Origin: Ruditapes philippinarum
Taxonomy: Eukaryota
DNA: 64,000 nucleotides
Assembly (NCBI RefSeq): GCF_026571515.1
Contig: NW_026854566.1
Coordinates: 186,001 to 250,000 of the forward strand
Direction: 5' to 3'
Shown here piece after piece: positions 1-14,900 of this stretch. The notes beneath the pieces were generated by a model. That model made no database searches. It had not been told where the DNA came from and saw only the letters and a list, made by a program, of their open reading frames with translations. The stretch's first letter is position 1. Each line of letters starts with the position of its first letter. Position numbers and translations under genes: made by a program.

Positions 1-496
1 GTTCGTTTTTTATCTATTTCAGTAAACTTATCCTGTCTGTCCATTTATGATAATTTGTTCGGGATACTACTGAATAATTATAGATAAATGTAAAATTTAT
101 TATAGTCTTATACATTGAACCGATTTGTCAGAAAGGGTTAATTTTTAACTGGATTGACTTTTTTATACGAGTATTTTATGTGATAAATATTTTCGTTTCT
201 GACAGTCTGAAGAAGTTTCTCAATTTTATGATCTATTGAATTTCATCAATGCAGTTCAATAATTTTACAATTTTAATAAAGCACTGTATTCTAACACGTT
301 TTGCACATTGTACCATTTGATTTAATGTATAATAATTCATTCTAATAACACTGATATTGTGGCCTTACCACATCTATTTATAGAATGAACGCGGATACTT
401 CAAACTTGATTCCGAGTGAAAAGTGGCACTTCTAAATTCTTTAATCAGGGAATATTCTTATAATGCATCAGTATAAAACTCTTGTACTCGAACGTT

Positions 497-628
497 TTAT
501 TACAAACAAATGAAGATTTATCGTCTTTTTATTGAATTCTAGTTACAGATGGTTTTTAGTTGATAGTTTATTACAAACAAATGAAGATTAATTTTTCTTT
601 TATTGAATTCTAGTTACAAATGGTTTTA
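497..628. repeat. ~70-bp tandem duplication
   Basis: tttattacaaacaaatgaagatt..tttattgaattctagttaca.atggttttta occurs twice. Confidence 0.85.
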
Positions 629-3600
629 TAAACAAAGCATTGAATGATGCCAATAACCGTAGTTGTAAATATCAGCAAATTACAGGTCCTATTTCAAACA
701 AACTTCATTCGCAATATTCAGAGCATGCACCATTTTTTTATATGATATATACGCAATTTGTCATATATATGATTTTTGTCTGCATTGTGAGATCATATGT
801 TGATTATTTATTATGATGACTTAGTTAAGGAAACAACAATATGTTTCAATGACGGGCATGACATATTTGCGGCATACGCAACAAATTGAACGTGGCAGTA
901 ATAACACATATTTTCTGTTAACTGAGGCTGCATATAACATGCAAAACATTATACCAAAAACTCAGTGGTATCTTTGCGATTTAGACAAAAATGTGTTCTT
1001 GACAAATGGCAATGTGAGAGTGAAATACATATAACAGCAATAAAGATTCTGATCAAATGAATATGTCTGTAGTGTATGTAATCATATTAAATATGACATT
1101 CATTTAAATTCATTCTTGATTATTTACATGTTTGTTTCTAAATTTTTTTCAATATAGTGTATTTAGTGTATTTAAAAATAATTCGGTTAAACAAAAGAAT
1201 TGTTGACAGCAAGTTTAATGTTGAAGATGATACACAAATATTTGTATGTTATTCAGTTACTTAATACAGAGTTTCCAATACGTCAAATCGTATATTTAGC
1301 TTTTTATATTTTTCTTCAGTCATTAAAATATCTTTGTAGATCCATAACTACTATTCAATTGACGAAGCTTTCCAAGAGGAAAAATTCGATCATGATAGTT
1401 CAGGACAGCTGTTTTTACTGTATCCATCTTTTCTATACAGCTATTTAAACACGATATGCTTTGTTTCTTTTTTCTATCTTTTTCAAAGCAGCTGTGCAAA
1501 GAAAAGAATTGTTTTTGTTAGTTTCGTTACTATGTTAGCGTACATGATGACATTCAAGAGATATTATTTTCACTTTATATCTTCAACATAGTGAGATAGT
1601 ACCAGGACAAAACTCCAATGAAGATATGATAGTTCAATTAAATGTTGTTGAGATGCAGACTTCCTTTAGAATGTGTCGTGTATATATTTTTATTACAAAT
1701 TATAAAATAGGAAAAAACCAAGAGCAACAAGGAAAGGTGGCATTCAATGAACGCAGGATCACCGAGAAACATCCCAGCAAGACACATAACAGGACATTTC
1801 GATAAAAATCGATTAAACTTTCATTAATGAATGTATTCCAAATTGCATTTGAATAGACAAGCTTTAACATGGAGAAGTGGGTGGCGAAAGAGAAACTTTG
1901 TACGTCAAAACCAGACGAACAAGGATAATCTGATATTTCACTTGTGATTTCATTTGAAGGGAAGTGAAATATAAAGGACTATAGCAATCTAAAATCATTA
2001 CAGCAGCCTATAATCATACAAATTGGAAATTCTTACAAAAATCAACTGAAGGCACTTAAAACGAAAAAAATAATTATGCAACAAATAATCAAGAAATATA
2101 CTCTGAGTTAAATTGAAATTCGACTTTAAGTGCTGTAATTAACCACATTTAAGTTGAAAGATTTAAAACGCTTTTCATTCTTGGATATTTTTACATATAA
2201 TAAAATAAATAATTCTCGAAAAACCGGAGTGAAAGAATGATGTTCAGATTGTCATCAAATGGTACACAAATCTCGAATAAAATGTCCAATACTGTTATGT
2301 CAAATTTTTCAGTGAAGTTAATAAGACACAAAGTCTATGAAATGGCATAAGTGTTTGAACTAAGGTTTCATGGATGAATCAATCCCGACCGATTTAACAT
2401 TGTATTTTCTTGTGTTGTAAGTATTATACTTTTAAAAAGTAATAAGAGTTGCGGAGTGGGTGGTGGTGAAGATGTGTGTAGGGTTTCATGGCTGTTTTTG
2501 GCTACGAATACGATTTTTGGCTATGGATAAGTCGCGACCGATTAAATCTTGCATTTCATTGTGTTTTGTAAGTGTTATGCTTGAAGTGAGTTAATGGAAT
2601 TGCAGAGTGGTTACAGTTTTATTCCTTGTTAATAATTGCTATGTCGTTTGAAATTCTACTGTCTGTTTGTCTTTTTTATATTTTACTTGGCTATTTATCG
2701 TTTTTTGAACTTGTACACGATACAATGAACATAAACTAACTCGACCAATCCAAGCATTTACATGCAATTTGATTCTCGTATTATTCGTATTGCAAACATA
2801 CATACAAAGTGAACATTTCATTAAAATCAATTACAAAGATACAAGAAAATACAACAATAAGTATATTTCTTTCTTCTTTTTTATTCACAAATTTAATTGT
2901 GTTCAATGCTTATATCATTCACGAATTACATTGAACCAACTGCTGTAAGACAAAAAATAGAAATTAAAAGCAATATTTGATATGAAGTGTTTCTGCTAAA
3001 GGCATAGATAAAACATGTTAATTAATAAACAGTCTCTTCGATTAAGAGTTTGAAATGCCCTTTAAGCAAATTTCGCAGGAGTTGCAAATATCTGTATATA
3101 TGCTAATACTTCGCTAGCAAAACTACAGTATTAAATATTTGTTCACTCTTGCTTAAAGACATTTTTGTATCAGCATTGCTACATACAACGAAATCAATGA
3201 ATAGATAATGAAAGAAATAAATAAAATTAAATAAAAATGCATTATCTCATTGCAAATAATGATGCTCTGTCGATGAAAAGGGCATTTCCATTTGTTTTCA
3301 AATGTTTATAACATTTACGTCATTCTTAACTATTATCAACGGTGCTAAGTTTATTACAGTATTTCGAGAAAATTTAACCGACAGATAGCAAAACTGTTTG
3401 AAAAAGCAAATTTCGGTATTCACCATCTGGAACATGTTGAAAGAAGCAATGTAAACTAACGGAACTCACGTGAAACCCGGGTTTTCACGAATTACTTCAT
3501 CTTCACTTCAATCAGGTGTTAAAATCTGTCTGTTTATATAAATTTTGTATATATGTAGTCACGCTGATTGCTACAGATTTATAAATTGTCAGTTCTCTTT

Positions 3601-6600
3601 TTCTTATTCTATTTTCCTCTGCTGTAGAGTATAAGAAAAATTAAGGTTATCTATGAATGTTAAGACACTCACTCGCATATAATATTCATACACCTGTTAC
3701 CTTATCATCCATGTTCCAAAACTTTATTAATTCATATACAGTTTTCTGTTGTTGAAAGACTTAAAATGATTTGGTCTGCAATGGGCACATTTTCAATAAG
3801 TATTTCTAATATTGAAAATAATCAATAGGAATGTATCATTTAGACATTCTTAAATAATTTTAAATATTGCTTTTTTATTTTATTTTTATTATCTGCTATA
3901 CTATTATATGTAATATATGGGAGTCCGCCGTCTATGGTTTATTAACTGATACTGACTACGGTGAAAACTGATAATAGCTTAAATGCTGAAAGATTTAATA
4001 TTGGATAAATTGGATACTCTTTACTTGCCAACACCAACTATGTATAATTCCTTCATGTTTTCTTGTTACGTCTGATACTATGTAATATCAATTTAGTTAT
4101 TTATTCTGAAAAGTCAGTCATTAATCGCACATAACATTTAACTTATTTCTGAAAACTTGAATCTTTTACTTTTCTGAAATCATCAGTACATTTTTGTTAA
4201 GTTTGATTTTCTTGTTTTTTTTTTATTGGCTCATCTGGAGACATGCAGCTCGAAGTAAATGTATATTGCAAGTCGAATCTGAACAAAAATATTCTGTGTT
4301 GTTTTATTATTATTGTATTTAAAACTCTGTGATTGTATTTGTTTGAGTTCTGTTAAGGAGTTCGGGTTTTTTTGTTGCCTTTTTTGCTGTTGCTGTTTTA
4401 TTTTGTTTTTGTTCGGCATTACTGAATAGGCATATTTTAAGGTATTTGTATTATTTGCCACAGACGTGTTGTAGACAAATAGAGTGGCAACTCTTAATCA
4501 ACTTTAATTAAACAAAAACATACAAGATGTATTACCTTCCTCGCAGTCGATCAGTCAATTGTCTATGCTTAGAATCCTTACAAAATCTAATTCTTGAGTA
4601 CCAGGTAAGAAAGGAAAACGTCTTATACCGTGGAAGTTAATTAATTACAGACCTTCCGTAGATAGATTGAGTGACATCTTGTTATCTCAGTAACTAAATT
4701 TAGATCCACATTGTAAGCAAAATAAACTACGTGATACAATGATTCAGACGCTTATAGGGGCTATTGTTTTTGTTGATTTCTTTTTGTTACTTTTTTATTA
4801 TTGGTCTAGTAAGGGTAATGTTATTATGTATATTTCTTATTGTGATTTTTTGTCATGTTATTAGCATTAATGGTACATTATATTCTGCTATTTGTAGATA
4901 TGTTAATGCGCTGTAACGGGTTATTTTTTTGTGTTAGCATGGATATATCATCGTCTGAGGTTATACATGTATCATTGTCTTATACGGGGTTATATTTTAT
5001 TTTATTAGGAGTTATATTGTTGTTGTGTCAATAAAATTTATGTTATTTTTGTTGCAGCCATATCTTTTGATGGAGGGAAATGTTGCCTTTCAAAAACTTT
5101 TTTATTATCATTTATTGTCTCAGAAAGGCAAAGGTGATAAAAACAATTTGTTTAAATTTGTGAGCTTATGTATGATAGCTACCTCAAAAGATGACATCAA
5201 ATGTATTAACTGTTTTCCTGAAATGTTGCGGCACACATTTAAAAAAAACAATAGGGCCGTTGATCTCGTATTTTATTCATTTGGCATATAAAATATACAA
5301 TTATTGTAAAATTTTGCTAGTTTTCTTGTCAAATTACGCAGCAAGGTACGAAAATAAAACCAAGACAACGGTTTCGATCAGTATTTTATTTCATTATCAC
5401 GTTTATAAACATATTAAGCTTTCTTGGTTTAGGTATTGTATACAGAACCATATTTGGAATCTTAATACAAATCAAACATTGCGATGCTCTCAGCTTTGTT
5501 ACAAAGCAAAGCTATTCGTTTCAATAAATCTCATAAGTTTTATTATTTATTGAAGGAACACGACCACTTCAAACCTTATGTTGCCAGATAAGTGCATCTC
5601 AATGAACGTCACACTTGTTTGTACTCGACATTTCTATTATTAATAAAATGAAGATTTATTGTTATAATCGCAATCTAATTCTAGATGTAGTACAGATAAA
5701 CTTTACGTTTCCAATAAAAGACTCAGTTGCAAACATATTCAAGCAATATTTTGATAAACGTCCTTATATAAATATATAGAATACGAAAGAAAAATAGATC
5801 ATTTTCTTACTTTGCTGACATTATTTAAAGTTTTTTTAAATGTATGAAATTCTAAACATACAATGCGAATAATGTCTTATTAAATACATGTATAACAACA
5901 AATGGACTTATATAGTAACATATCGTATAAAATGTGCTCTCATTGTTTACTGTTTTTTGTTGTGTTTTTTTGTTGTGTTTTCTTTGTTGTTTTTGTGTTG
6001 TTTTTTTTTTTTTTTGTTGTTTTTTTTTTCATTCTAATTGCTTTGCTTTTTGGAATCTACCTATGTAACCAACATCAGCCGGTACAGCCGTGCCGTGCTA
6101 ATCATGGTCTGCAATGTTCGCTATTCAGTCAGTATGTCTGAAAATGATGAATCATTTTGTCCAGATTTAAAGTAATGGACAAATTTATTTAAGATATTAA
6201 GCATGATAACGATTGAGATGTCTTATGAGTGTACGAGTCTTAAACTAAAATTAATGGGTGACAATGATTTATATAAAGTTATTGCCCACCCGCTTATTTC
6301 AAAAGTAGAGCTTAAAACTGATACTCCTGGGGTATTTGGTTCGATCACCGAGCGAAGCGTATTATTTCCGTGGCAATTGGTGTCTGACATTGAGTCTAAT
6401 GGACATTTGTCTTAGAAATCATCTAGGATTTATTGTCGAGTGCTTGTGGAGAATTACTGGAAAGCCAGTTAAGTAGATCGATCACTGAGATATGACGAAC
6501 AACTTTGTTACTTTCGGAGTAAAATCCAGAAAAACAAATGAACAAATAAAGTAATGGTAGAACCTGACATTAAGTAAAAATCTGTTGCAAATAACGTTGC

Positions 6601-8834
6601 TTGCTTCATTCAAAAATATTTTTTTAATAGAGAGATCAGTTGTTAATCCTTGCAAAGTGTTATAAATTTCATTCCTGATTTGTCATTTTGGATATTTTTC
6701 AAAGCGTCTTCATATTTCAGATTTATTTATTTGCAAAGCAAGTGCTATTGTAAAATTTAATTACTGTAAAACAGAAGTTCAGCGCAATATGTCATGAATT
6801 ATTAATCTTTGTTTTTCATTCAATTGGAGCGACGATATGTTCTTTAATTTAACGTGTAAACTATAGTGCTGAAATAAAAGAATGAATCTTTGTTTACTGA
6901 TATCCTCTAATAATTATTTACATATACGTATTTCTAAACAGCCTTTAGAAACAGAGGAAAAGGTACAATTTGCTCTCTAACTTTATAAATTTAAGATACT
7001 TTTCATAAATTCGATATTGTCCAGTGATTTTTTTTTCTAAACACATTCAATACAAATCGAGTCTTTTAATGTATTTCGATTGCTCCAGAGGGATCTGAGT
7101 AATCTTTCTTTTTTTTAGAATTTCTAGAAGATTTTTGTTCTTAGCCAAATTTAACAACTGCTGTATTGTATAATTTCCTTGATGTTCAAGCAATCCATAT
7201 GCCTAAAACAAATAGCATTTTATAAAGCCAACTTTTAATGCGGGTGAAAACTGTCCGCTTTTAAACCTGGTATTACAATACAATGTTAGGGTATTCAAGG
7301 CATTGGCTGCGCTGTCTTAACTTGTCATACTTGGTCGGGGAAATGAATTGTTTGATTTCTTATCGTTCAAATATAAAATTTATAAAACGAGAAAGAATGT
7401 AGTAGAAAGAAAAGGAAAAGTTTTCAAGGCTGGCTTTTTGAAAATAGCTTGACCGGCTTTAGAATGAATATGCATGGGGTAAAGACGTTGTAACCAGCAT
7501 AAGCTAATCCATGATCTCTCTTCTATGGTTATAAAGTCAAGACATTACTTTGCTTTATTTTGTTGTTTTGATTTGATGAAATTGCAAGATTGCATTTCAG
7601 TGCTTACCATTGTTTTCTAATTGACTAAGTTATACTTTATAAATGCTTCCTTATTGCTTTATTACTGCGTTAATATTATTTTCTTATTAATTTATATGGC
7701 TATACACATGACTTAAGGGCAAATAAATATGTATACATTTTAAGAAAAGATACATTAAAGATTTCGATGTTTCGACTGACCCTAAAATTGTGTCATAACT
7801 GTAAAAATAATTAAAGATAAAAAGCAAAACAGATTGTACATCTTTAAAATGTCAAAGAACTGTTTTTATGAACAGAAATACTGTTTGGTGTTTTATTCTA
7901 TTTGAAAATCAATTACAGCTTTTTTATTTAACTTGTCTAATAACAGTGCTGGAGCCGACACTTGCTTTTCAGGAATAAAAAGTACTACAGGCCACTTAGT
8001 CATAATTTAAAAAAGGACTAGACTAGACAGGACCTAGATATAATTTGGAACAACTTTTTCAACCATTTCATATTTTCATTCTTAAAATCATATATTTATT
8101 ATGCCTTCTTCATCTCATTATGTAACTTTCACTGCTTCCATAATTTGTCTACCAAAGGAATCTACTATTCTAACGAAAACACTGTTTACGTATAGTGAAA
8201 AACTACCAATGCGACTCAGTTTTTGTTTGTGACATTTGCAATCAGTCATTTTAGATTAGTAAAAAAGATTCTTAGTGGAAAAAACACTATGTTTCCTCTA
8301 GAAGACTTGTGTCTGCATTAGAAGAACACTTCAGCCAAGGTTAACACAGAAAATGGATAACAGTATTATACACTGATAGAGATAAGGAAACGATTTGTAA
8401 CAGTCACTGAAAATACGTCTGAAATCTCGGCACAATTAATCTCTTTTGATACTTGCACAAGAAGAGAAAAAATGAAATTAACACATTATTTGTTCCGACA
8501 AAAACTCATTTTGATTAGTCTGTTGCCATCAGCAAGTATGTACACAATTTACATAAGCAGGCCGATTATACCACCTGACGTAGAGAAGAAGGTGAAAAAA
8601 TGCACAACCGTGAAAGCACGAGATTCACATGAGTTTTAAATGTTTACATTTCCACTGCTTACATGATTCATCTCATACAGAGATGAATAAAGTTGTTATT
8701 GCTGCTATCGGAATTTGCTCTTCATACCTAGAAATGAAAATGCCTTTCTATTAAAAAGTCCATCTTTGTTGAAATTTTGAACAAAATACTTTATCTTGCA
8801 CAGTGTTTGTTAATCTGTCTTTTTTATTTCACAG

Positions 8835-8912
8835 GTAACAGGTGTTATTGCTGTTAGATATACTGCAGATGGTCGTGAAATGTAATCAAGATATCAACAA
8901 AACTAAATAATG
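8835..8912 (+). CDS. GPCR probable 5'UTR exon ending in the start codon (ATG 8910-8912)
   Basis: Acceptor ttttatttcacag ends at 8834 and donor gtgagt starts at 8913. The exon ends TAA ATA ATG, a phase-0 join to exon 14026, with an in-frame stop two codons before the ATG. Confidence 0.55.
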
Positions 8913-11900
8913 GTGAGTTCTTAGATGTCATTATAAATGAGTGTAGTATGTTGAATTGTCATGACTTACATGTTTTATCTTGTTTGAATCTTGTAATAAT
9001 AAGCAGTGTATGATTTACAGTTAATTTACCAGTCTTGGTATGACGTAAAACATTACACATGAGAAACATGCAGAATTATTCTCAGACATTTTGAATAAAA
9101 AATTACAAAATGTAGCTTCTGATGATATAAAGTATATACTTAGCTTAACTAGACTAATTTATTCTATACGTTACTTAGTATTTACTTAGCTTGACTAGAC
9201 TTGACTAGACTAAATTGATTCAAGTTCTAACTTAAGTTGTTATTATTGATTGCCATCTTGTCTATGTTGTCAAAGCGTCTCCTGAAATTGGATTTATGGA
9301 CAGACATAAGCAGGTGATAAGTGTTAAACAATGACTGTATTTGTAAATTTTGAGAATGCAGTGTACCCTATTCTTGTAAATGTTTAGACACGTTTAAGGT
9401 CCGTTTATTTATAATGTCTTTATATTATCTTTTACAATTCTTAGTTTTACGTAAATAACATACATAACATAATAATATAATGATGTTGTTGTATTAGTAG
9501 ATATTTTTAACTATTTATTTACGAAGGCTTAAACGTAAATACCTTTCTGGAAAAGGCGATGATTTTTTAAACATGGTAGCGTTTTGTTGAGTCATTTATA
9601 AATGGAATTGTTAAAACAAATTAAGAGGTGGGTCTAAAAATATGCAAAGAACAAATGGAGAGAGAGAAAAAAGCAAACAAAATATATGTTTTGGCACAAA
9701 CTACGGTAAGATAAAGAAAAAGAGGTAAAAGCAAGAAAGGCTGCTTTTTTAAAATACTTCAAATATATTATCAATCAGTACTAAACATTAATAAAAATTG
9801 GTCCCACTCATTGCTGAAATCGTCGAGATTGTTTGGTATTTTCTTTTTTGTTTGACAACTCTATATATTATATTTAGCAAAGTAGAGAATATATAACATA
9901 ATCTTTTTGTGAATGAAAAAAATGACGAAAATGTGTCTTGATTTTATGAATACCAATTTCAACTTACCAATTAAAGAATTCATTCCAAAGATTTGTGTTT
10001 GTTGAAAAGTCCAAAATATATATATTCTATACTATCTGAAATCACAAAGGCTAGATATAGACTAAGGTATATTAATCAACTTTGACATCAAAATTGTTAA
10101 AGGAGCTTCACTCCACTAAGGTCCGAAAGCTTGAAAAGCATATAATTTGAAAATGTAACACAGATAAACTAGGACATTGAAAACAGAAAAATATAAAAAG
10201 GATAATGAAGAAATTACTTGAAATTTATTTGAAAATTGATGTTTATTTCGATTCATATTCCGATTTGAGCTTAAGGCGATTAATTATTTCAGGTAATTTT
10301 GAAGAATGAAAATGTAAATTGATAAAAAAAACGGAGTGATAGATCTGAAATACGAACAAAGTGACTTGCATGTGTCTACATGAATTGAAATTAAAAAATA
10401 TTTTTAAAAAAATCCTGTCGCGTTATGTCAAAAAACCATGAGTTGAGGTCCTTGAAGATAACTACTATTTAGTTCAATAATTATAAGTAAAAGTTGTAAA
10501 GGCATTATATTGCTAGTTTCCATACAGTTGAAAAAGATATTGACGTGGAGATAACCTTCGTGATTTTGTTACAATAAAGATGAAAGAAAAATGAAAAAAA
10601 GGATGATTCAAGAATAACTTGCAGAAAGATTTAAAAAGCCGGTGCACTCTTTCACATATTCTGCACTTTGTTTTAATAGCTCACAAATGACCTTTCTTGT
10701 TATATCCTGTACGTACTGTATTTTATAATATTTCCTGTTCAATATTGAAATTATCAATAAGGAAAAAAATTATTGAATATTAGCTATATTTAGAATTTTA
10801 TCTGATATTGTTACCATATTAGAATTTAATCTGATATGATTTTGTATCCTACTTGTCACTTTGACACACTGATTTAGTATCACTTAGATTAGAAACTAGG
10901 TAATACTTCATTTATTACAAAAGGGTCAGGTTCAACTGAACAGATATGAAATATTACGACAGGGGAAGAAAAATGACTTTTTAATATCTGAATTTATCTA
11001 TTGTGATGAAATAAAAAGCCTTTTTGAAAATGTGTATACTTATCCCAACATTATTTTTATTAAAGACGAGTAAAGATTACAAAAGTATTTTTTTCTTTAC
11101 TTGTTAACAGTTTTGTTATTGCTATTGTATTTCATATATTATATAAAAACAATTATTTCTTTATATGATATGTAAATACAAATATGTACGTTTTGTAGGA
11201 GTCTATTCAAAAGAAAGGACGCACTTTTTCTTTTTTGTTTTCACTTATACTTCTGTGTCACGGTGAGAAATAGGACCTTAAACTATATCTGATAAAATTC
11301 AAAATATTGTATTCGAGATGCTCAGATTTTATACTATATGTTTGTTTAGTTGTGAAATAGTTAAAATAAACCATTAGGTCGGCCGAAAGAACAAAACTGA
11401 AAATGTTGCAGAGTTCGGTTTGATTGGGCTTGTTTATGGACTGCAGTGGCAAATGCTAGCTATCGTTCGCATCCTCTAGCACACGCTGAAGCAAACATCA
11501 ACATTTAAACATAAAAATAATGTTAAATTAGGCTTTATTTTGTAATGCTAAACTAAAACGTTTACCAATATATAAAATTTACCTTCAAAGCTATCGAAAA
11601 ATTTTGATAGGTAATATTTTTGGTATTGAAGTATTTGTGTTTTAAGAACTAATTTGTCTAATCGTGTATAACAATAGGCATACTGTTCATAGTAGTATGA
11701 TGATATAATACGTGTCAAGATGGAAGGAACACATACATACTTACATATGCTATCTTCTAGTATATAGTTAAATAGAGATAAGAGAAATATTAGTCATAAA
11801 CTTGTCAATAGTCACGTGATAAACAAAGTTTAAAGTGACTAATGATTGCTTAGTGGTTATCAGGTGAAGACAATAACATTTAAATGGATTGAGTATTGAA

Positions 11901-14900
11901 TTGAAATCATCGGTTTTATATATATATAATAATTTAATCAGTGTTTTAACTACAAGGTACTGTTTCACAGAGGGTCAAAGTGATAACAACAAAGATTAAA
12001 TTGAATAACAATTAAAGCGATAGATCACTTAAAAAGTAAATCAATGTCAATAATAAGGCAAACATAATCACACAACAATAAGTGGGGCTTAGCAATGTGA
12101 ATAGATAAAAGGAAGAACAACAATTGGTAAGGGAGTTTAATGTGTATTGTTTGGACATAACTGATTTATGAATTTAAAGGTAAAACTTACCAATCTTTTA
12201 CAATAGTAACAATCTATAATAGTTGTTTTTGACATATTTTTGTACTGTTTACTCCTTAGCATACAGGTTTGCCCTGCTTTGAATTTGAAGCAATCTATCT
12301 AGAGTTTAAGACAGTACAATATTAAAACACTTAAAATGAACTATCAACAGTATAGTGTCTGTTTAGACTGCCAGCGATTCGTCCAATTTGTGTATGACAT
12401 CTGTGCACTGTCCAATGGAATCTAGTATTGTACATGTATCCAACAAAATATAGTTTTTATGATTGAATGCTTCATTTACAAATATACTTAATTATATACT
12501 AATGATAAAAACTTATTATTAATCTCTCAAGATGCATGTATCAGATAAAAGAAATATTTTTTTATTATTTATGTATTTCTGCCTGTTCAAAGTTAATATT
12601 ATGCCATTTTCAATATTCTAAGAATTTGATTTAAACAACTGTTCATCGGTAAACAGAAATAAATTACTGCCAAAACTAACAATAAAAAGTCAGTAAGTAA
12701 TAAAATAATGATGTATTTGTCTGACTGCCTTTTAAGTTAAAATTATTGCAGTGTTTTTATCTCCATTATGGAGTTATATTGAACAAAATGAATACGTATA
12801 TTTCACTTCACTTGTTTATCACCTTCTATTATCTGTAATGACTGTAATACTAAACCACAATACCATCCTTAATGTGTTGTAATAAGAAAGTCTGATAGTT
12901 GTAACATTTATTATATTTAACATTACAACTGTGAATCGATGTTCATCTCCAAGGCAATTTATCTTGTTGAATTATATGTCTATAAAAGGACTTTAGCATG
13001 TTATTTAAATTCAAATGATTCAGATTGCATGTTTAATGGAGTATGAGAAATGTGCATTGTGAACGAAGTACGAGAATTAAGCATCCCTTAAAGCCAATAA
13101 ACAGAATTACAAATGTTTTATCTTGGTGTGTTGCTTAAAATGAATTAAACTGATACGCAACTCCATTGTTGTCGTCACTAAATTCCGTGCCTTGTGTTTT
13201 GCATGCGAAGTTAATAACGTTTGTGATTCAAATATTATGCTTCTAAAGTAACCAAATCGATGATATTGAATTTCTTTGAAAAACGTTAATCATTCAATTT
13301 TTCGTAAAAGACGAATAATTTTTACTTTGACTACTTTAATATTGTTAGACCTGGCTTATATTTATGTTTTTAGGATCTCTATTTGGCCTAATGGTTAAAC
13401 TCGCTGACATGAAAATTAATGTTGTTCCTTTTCCATTGCTACTTTAGTTTTGCCAGTAATGTTGAGTTCTTTTTTATTTTAATTTTCAAGCAGAATAACT
13501 TAGTATACTTTAAGTATTATTTTTTTAACTTTTACCTTAACGATGTCAGCAACAGCTGAAACGAATATGTCTTTTCATTTCCTCTAGCATGCACTTTAAT
13601 TATAGAAATAACCAAATCATCTATTTTTCCGGTGGGGGGACAATGACCTTAATTTATTATCAGAAGTCACGAAACAATTTGAAAACAACGCTTTAAAAGT
13701 GCCTCTTTAAAATAGTTATTGCATTCTTGCAAAAAGTACGTTCTCTTGGTTAAGAATATTACCTCAAAACACGAAACTTCTAAGAATAATAATACAATAC
13801 AAATGCATGCTTTTAAAAGTTGGAGAATCATGTGTAAGAATAAACATGATAAGAATAAAGATGTTTACAAAATACCGTATTAGGGCGTACATCGAAATAC
13901 CGCACTGTATACCCAATTAGGGCCAATAACAAAATTATGCAATGTGCATACAGCTAGGACCTTTAGCGAAATACAAACGAGTTATGAGAATTTGAGAACA
14001 TGTAGTGTTTTTACGTTCATTTCAGAGTGTCGCAATTGTGAGCCTTGAAGATCAGAACAGAATAAGAATTGAGAAATATCAGGAGTGTCAGACCCTCATA
14101 TCTCTGGAGGCATCGAATAAAAGCGGTAAGTAAGAATCATTTCCAGATAGCCATTTCACCACAGTATAACTCCATACTGAAAACAGTATGAACTTGTTAC
14201 TTTTGTAATCATAAATCATTACCTTTTTTGTATCTTTTAATAGATTCCGAAAAAGTACTCATACAGATTAATTATATTCCGCTTCCTTTGTTCTTTGACC
14301 ATTGGTATTAGTATAGCGAGTAAGTGTTTGTATGGAACTCAAAAATGTTTTCTCTTAAAGATTATTTTTCTCTTCTTCTTGTTTATTCTTCTTTTTCGTT
14401 TTCTTCTTGCTTTTAACTTTTTAATCATCATTTAAGAATATGGAAGAGATTTTAATCACTTTGTTTATTTAAGAATTGCAAAGAGACAGTATATTTATTA
14501 TCAGCAAGGAACCAACGTTGTTACAACTTTTAAATAATCGAAATGATTTCCCAGAAGGGTTTTTACTTTGAATTTATTGATAACACTTGTTGATAGTTAC
14601 AGTACCTATCTTCTAAACATATGCATTGAACGTTAATGAAATTTCTATTCTAAGGTAAAAATAAATATTATTTTTATGGAAACAAAGCAAAATATAAATT
14701 AAACAAGTAAAATAGATGTTCCAACAACTTAGTATTAGATTTTATATACGGGAATTATTTTAGCTATAGCTGATATTTTAGTGATATCCTAATTGGTATA
14801 TTTAATCTTTTTTCAATAGAGGGGTAACTGGGGGATCTTTTCTACCATGGCCAATGTTACCCTATTTACAACAACAACAACAACATAAACTTTATTAAGC

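Noticed and set aside
4464-4604. Possible further upstream UTR exon (cag acceptor at 4463, ag|gtaaga donor at 4605)
   Set aside because: Splice-like motifs alone are insufficient without transcript data.
6300-6530. Possible very old SINE remnant
   Set aside because: Too degenerate to define boxes or boundaries by eye.
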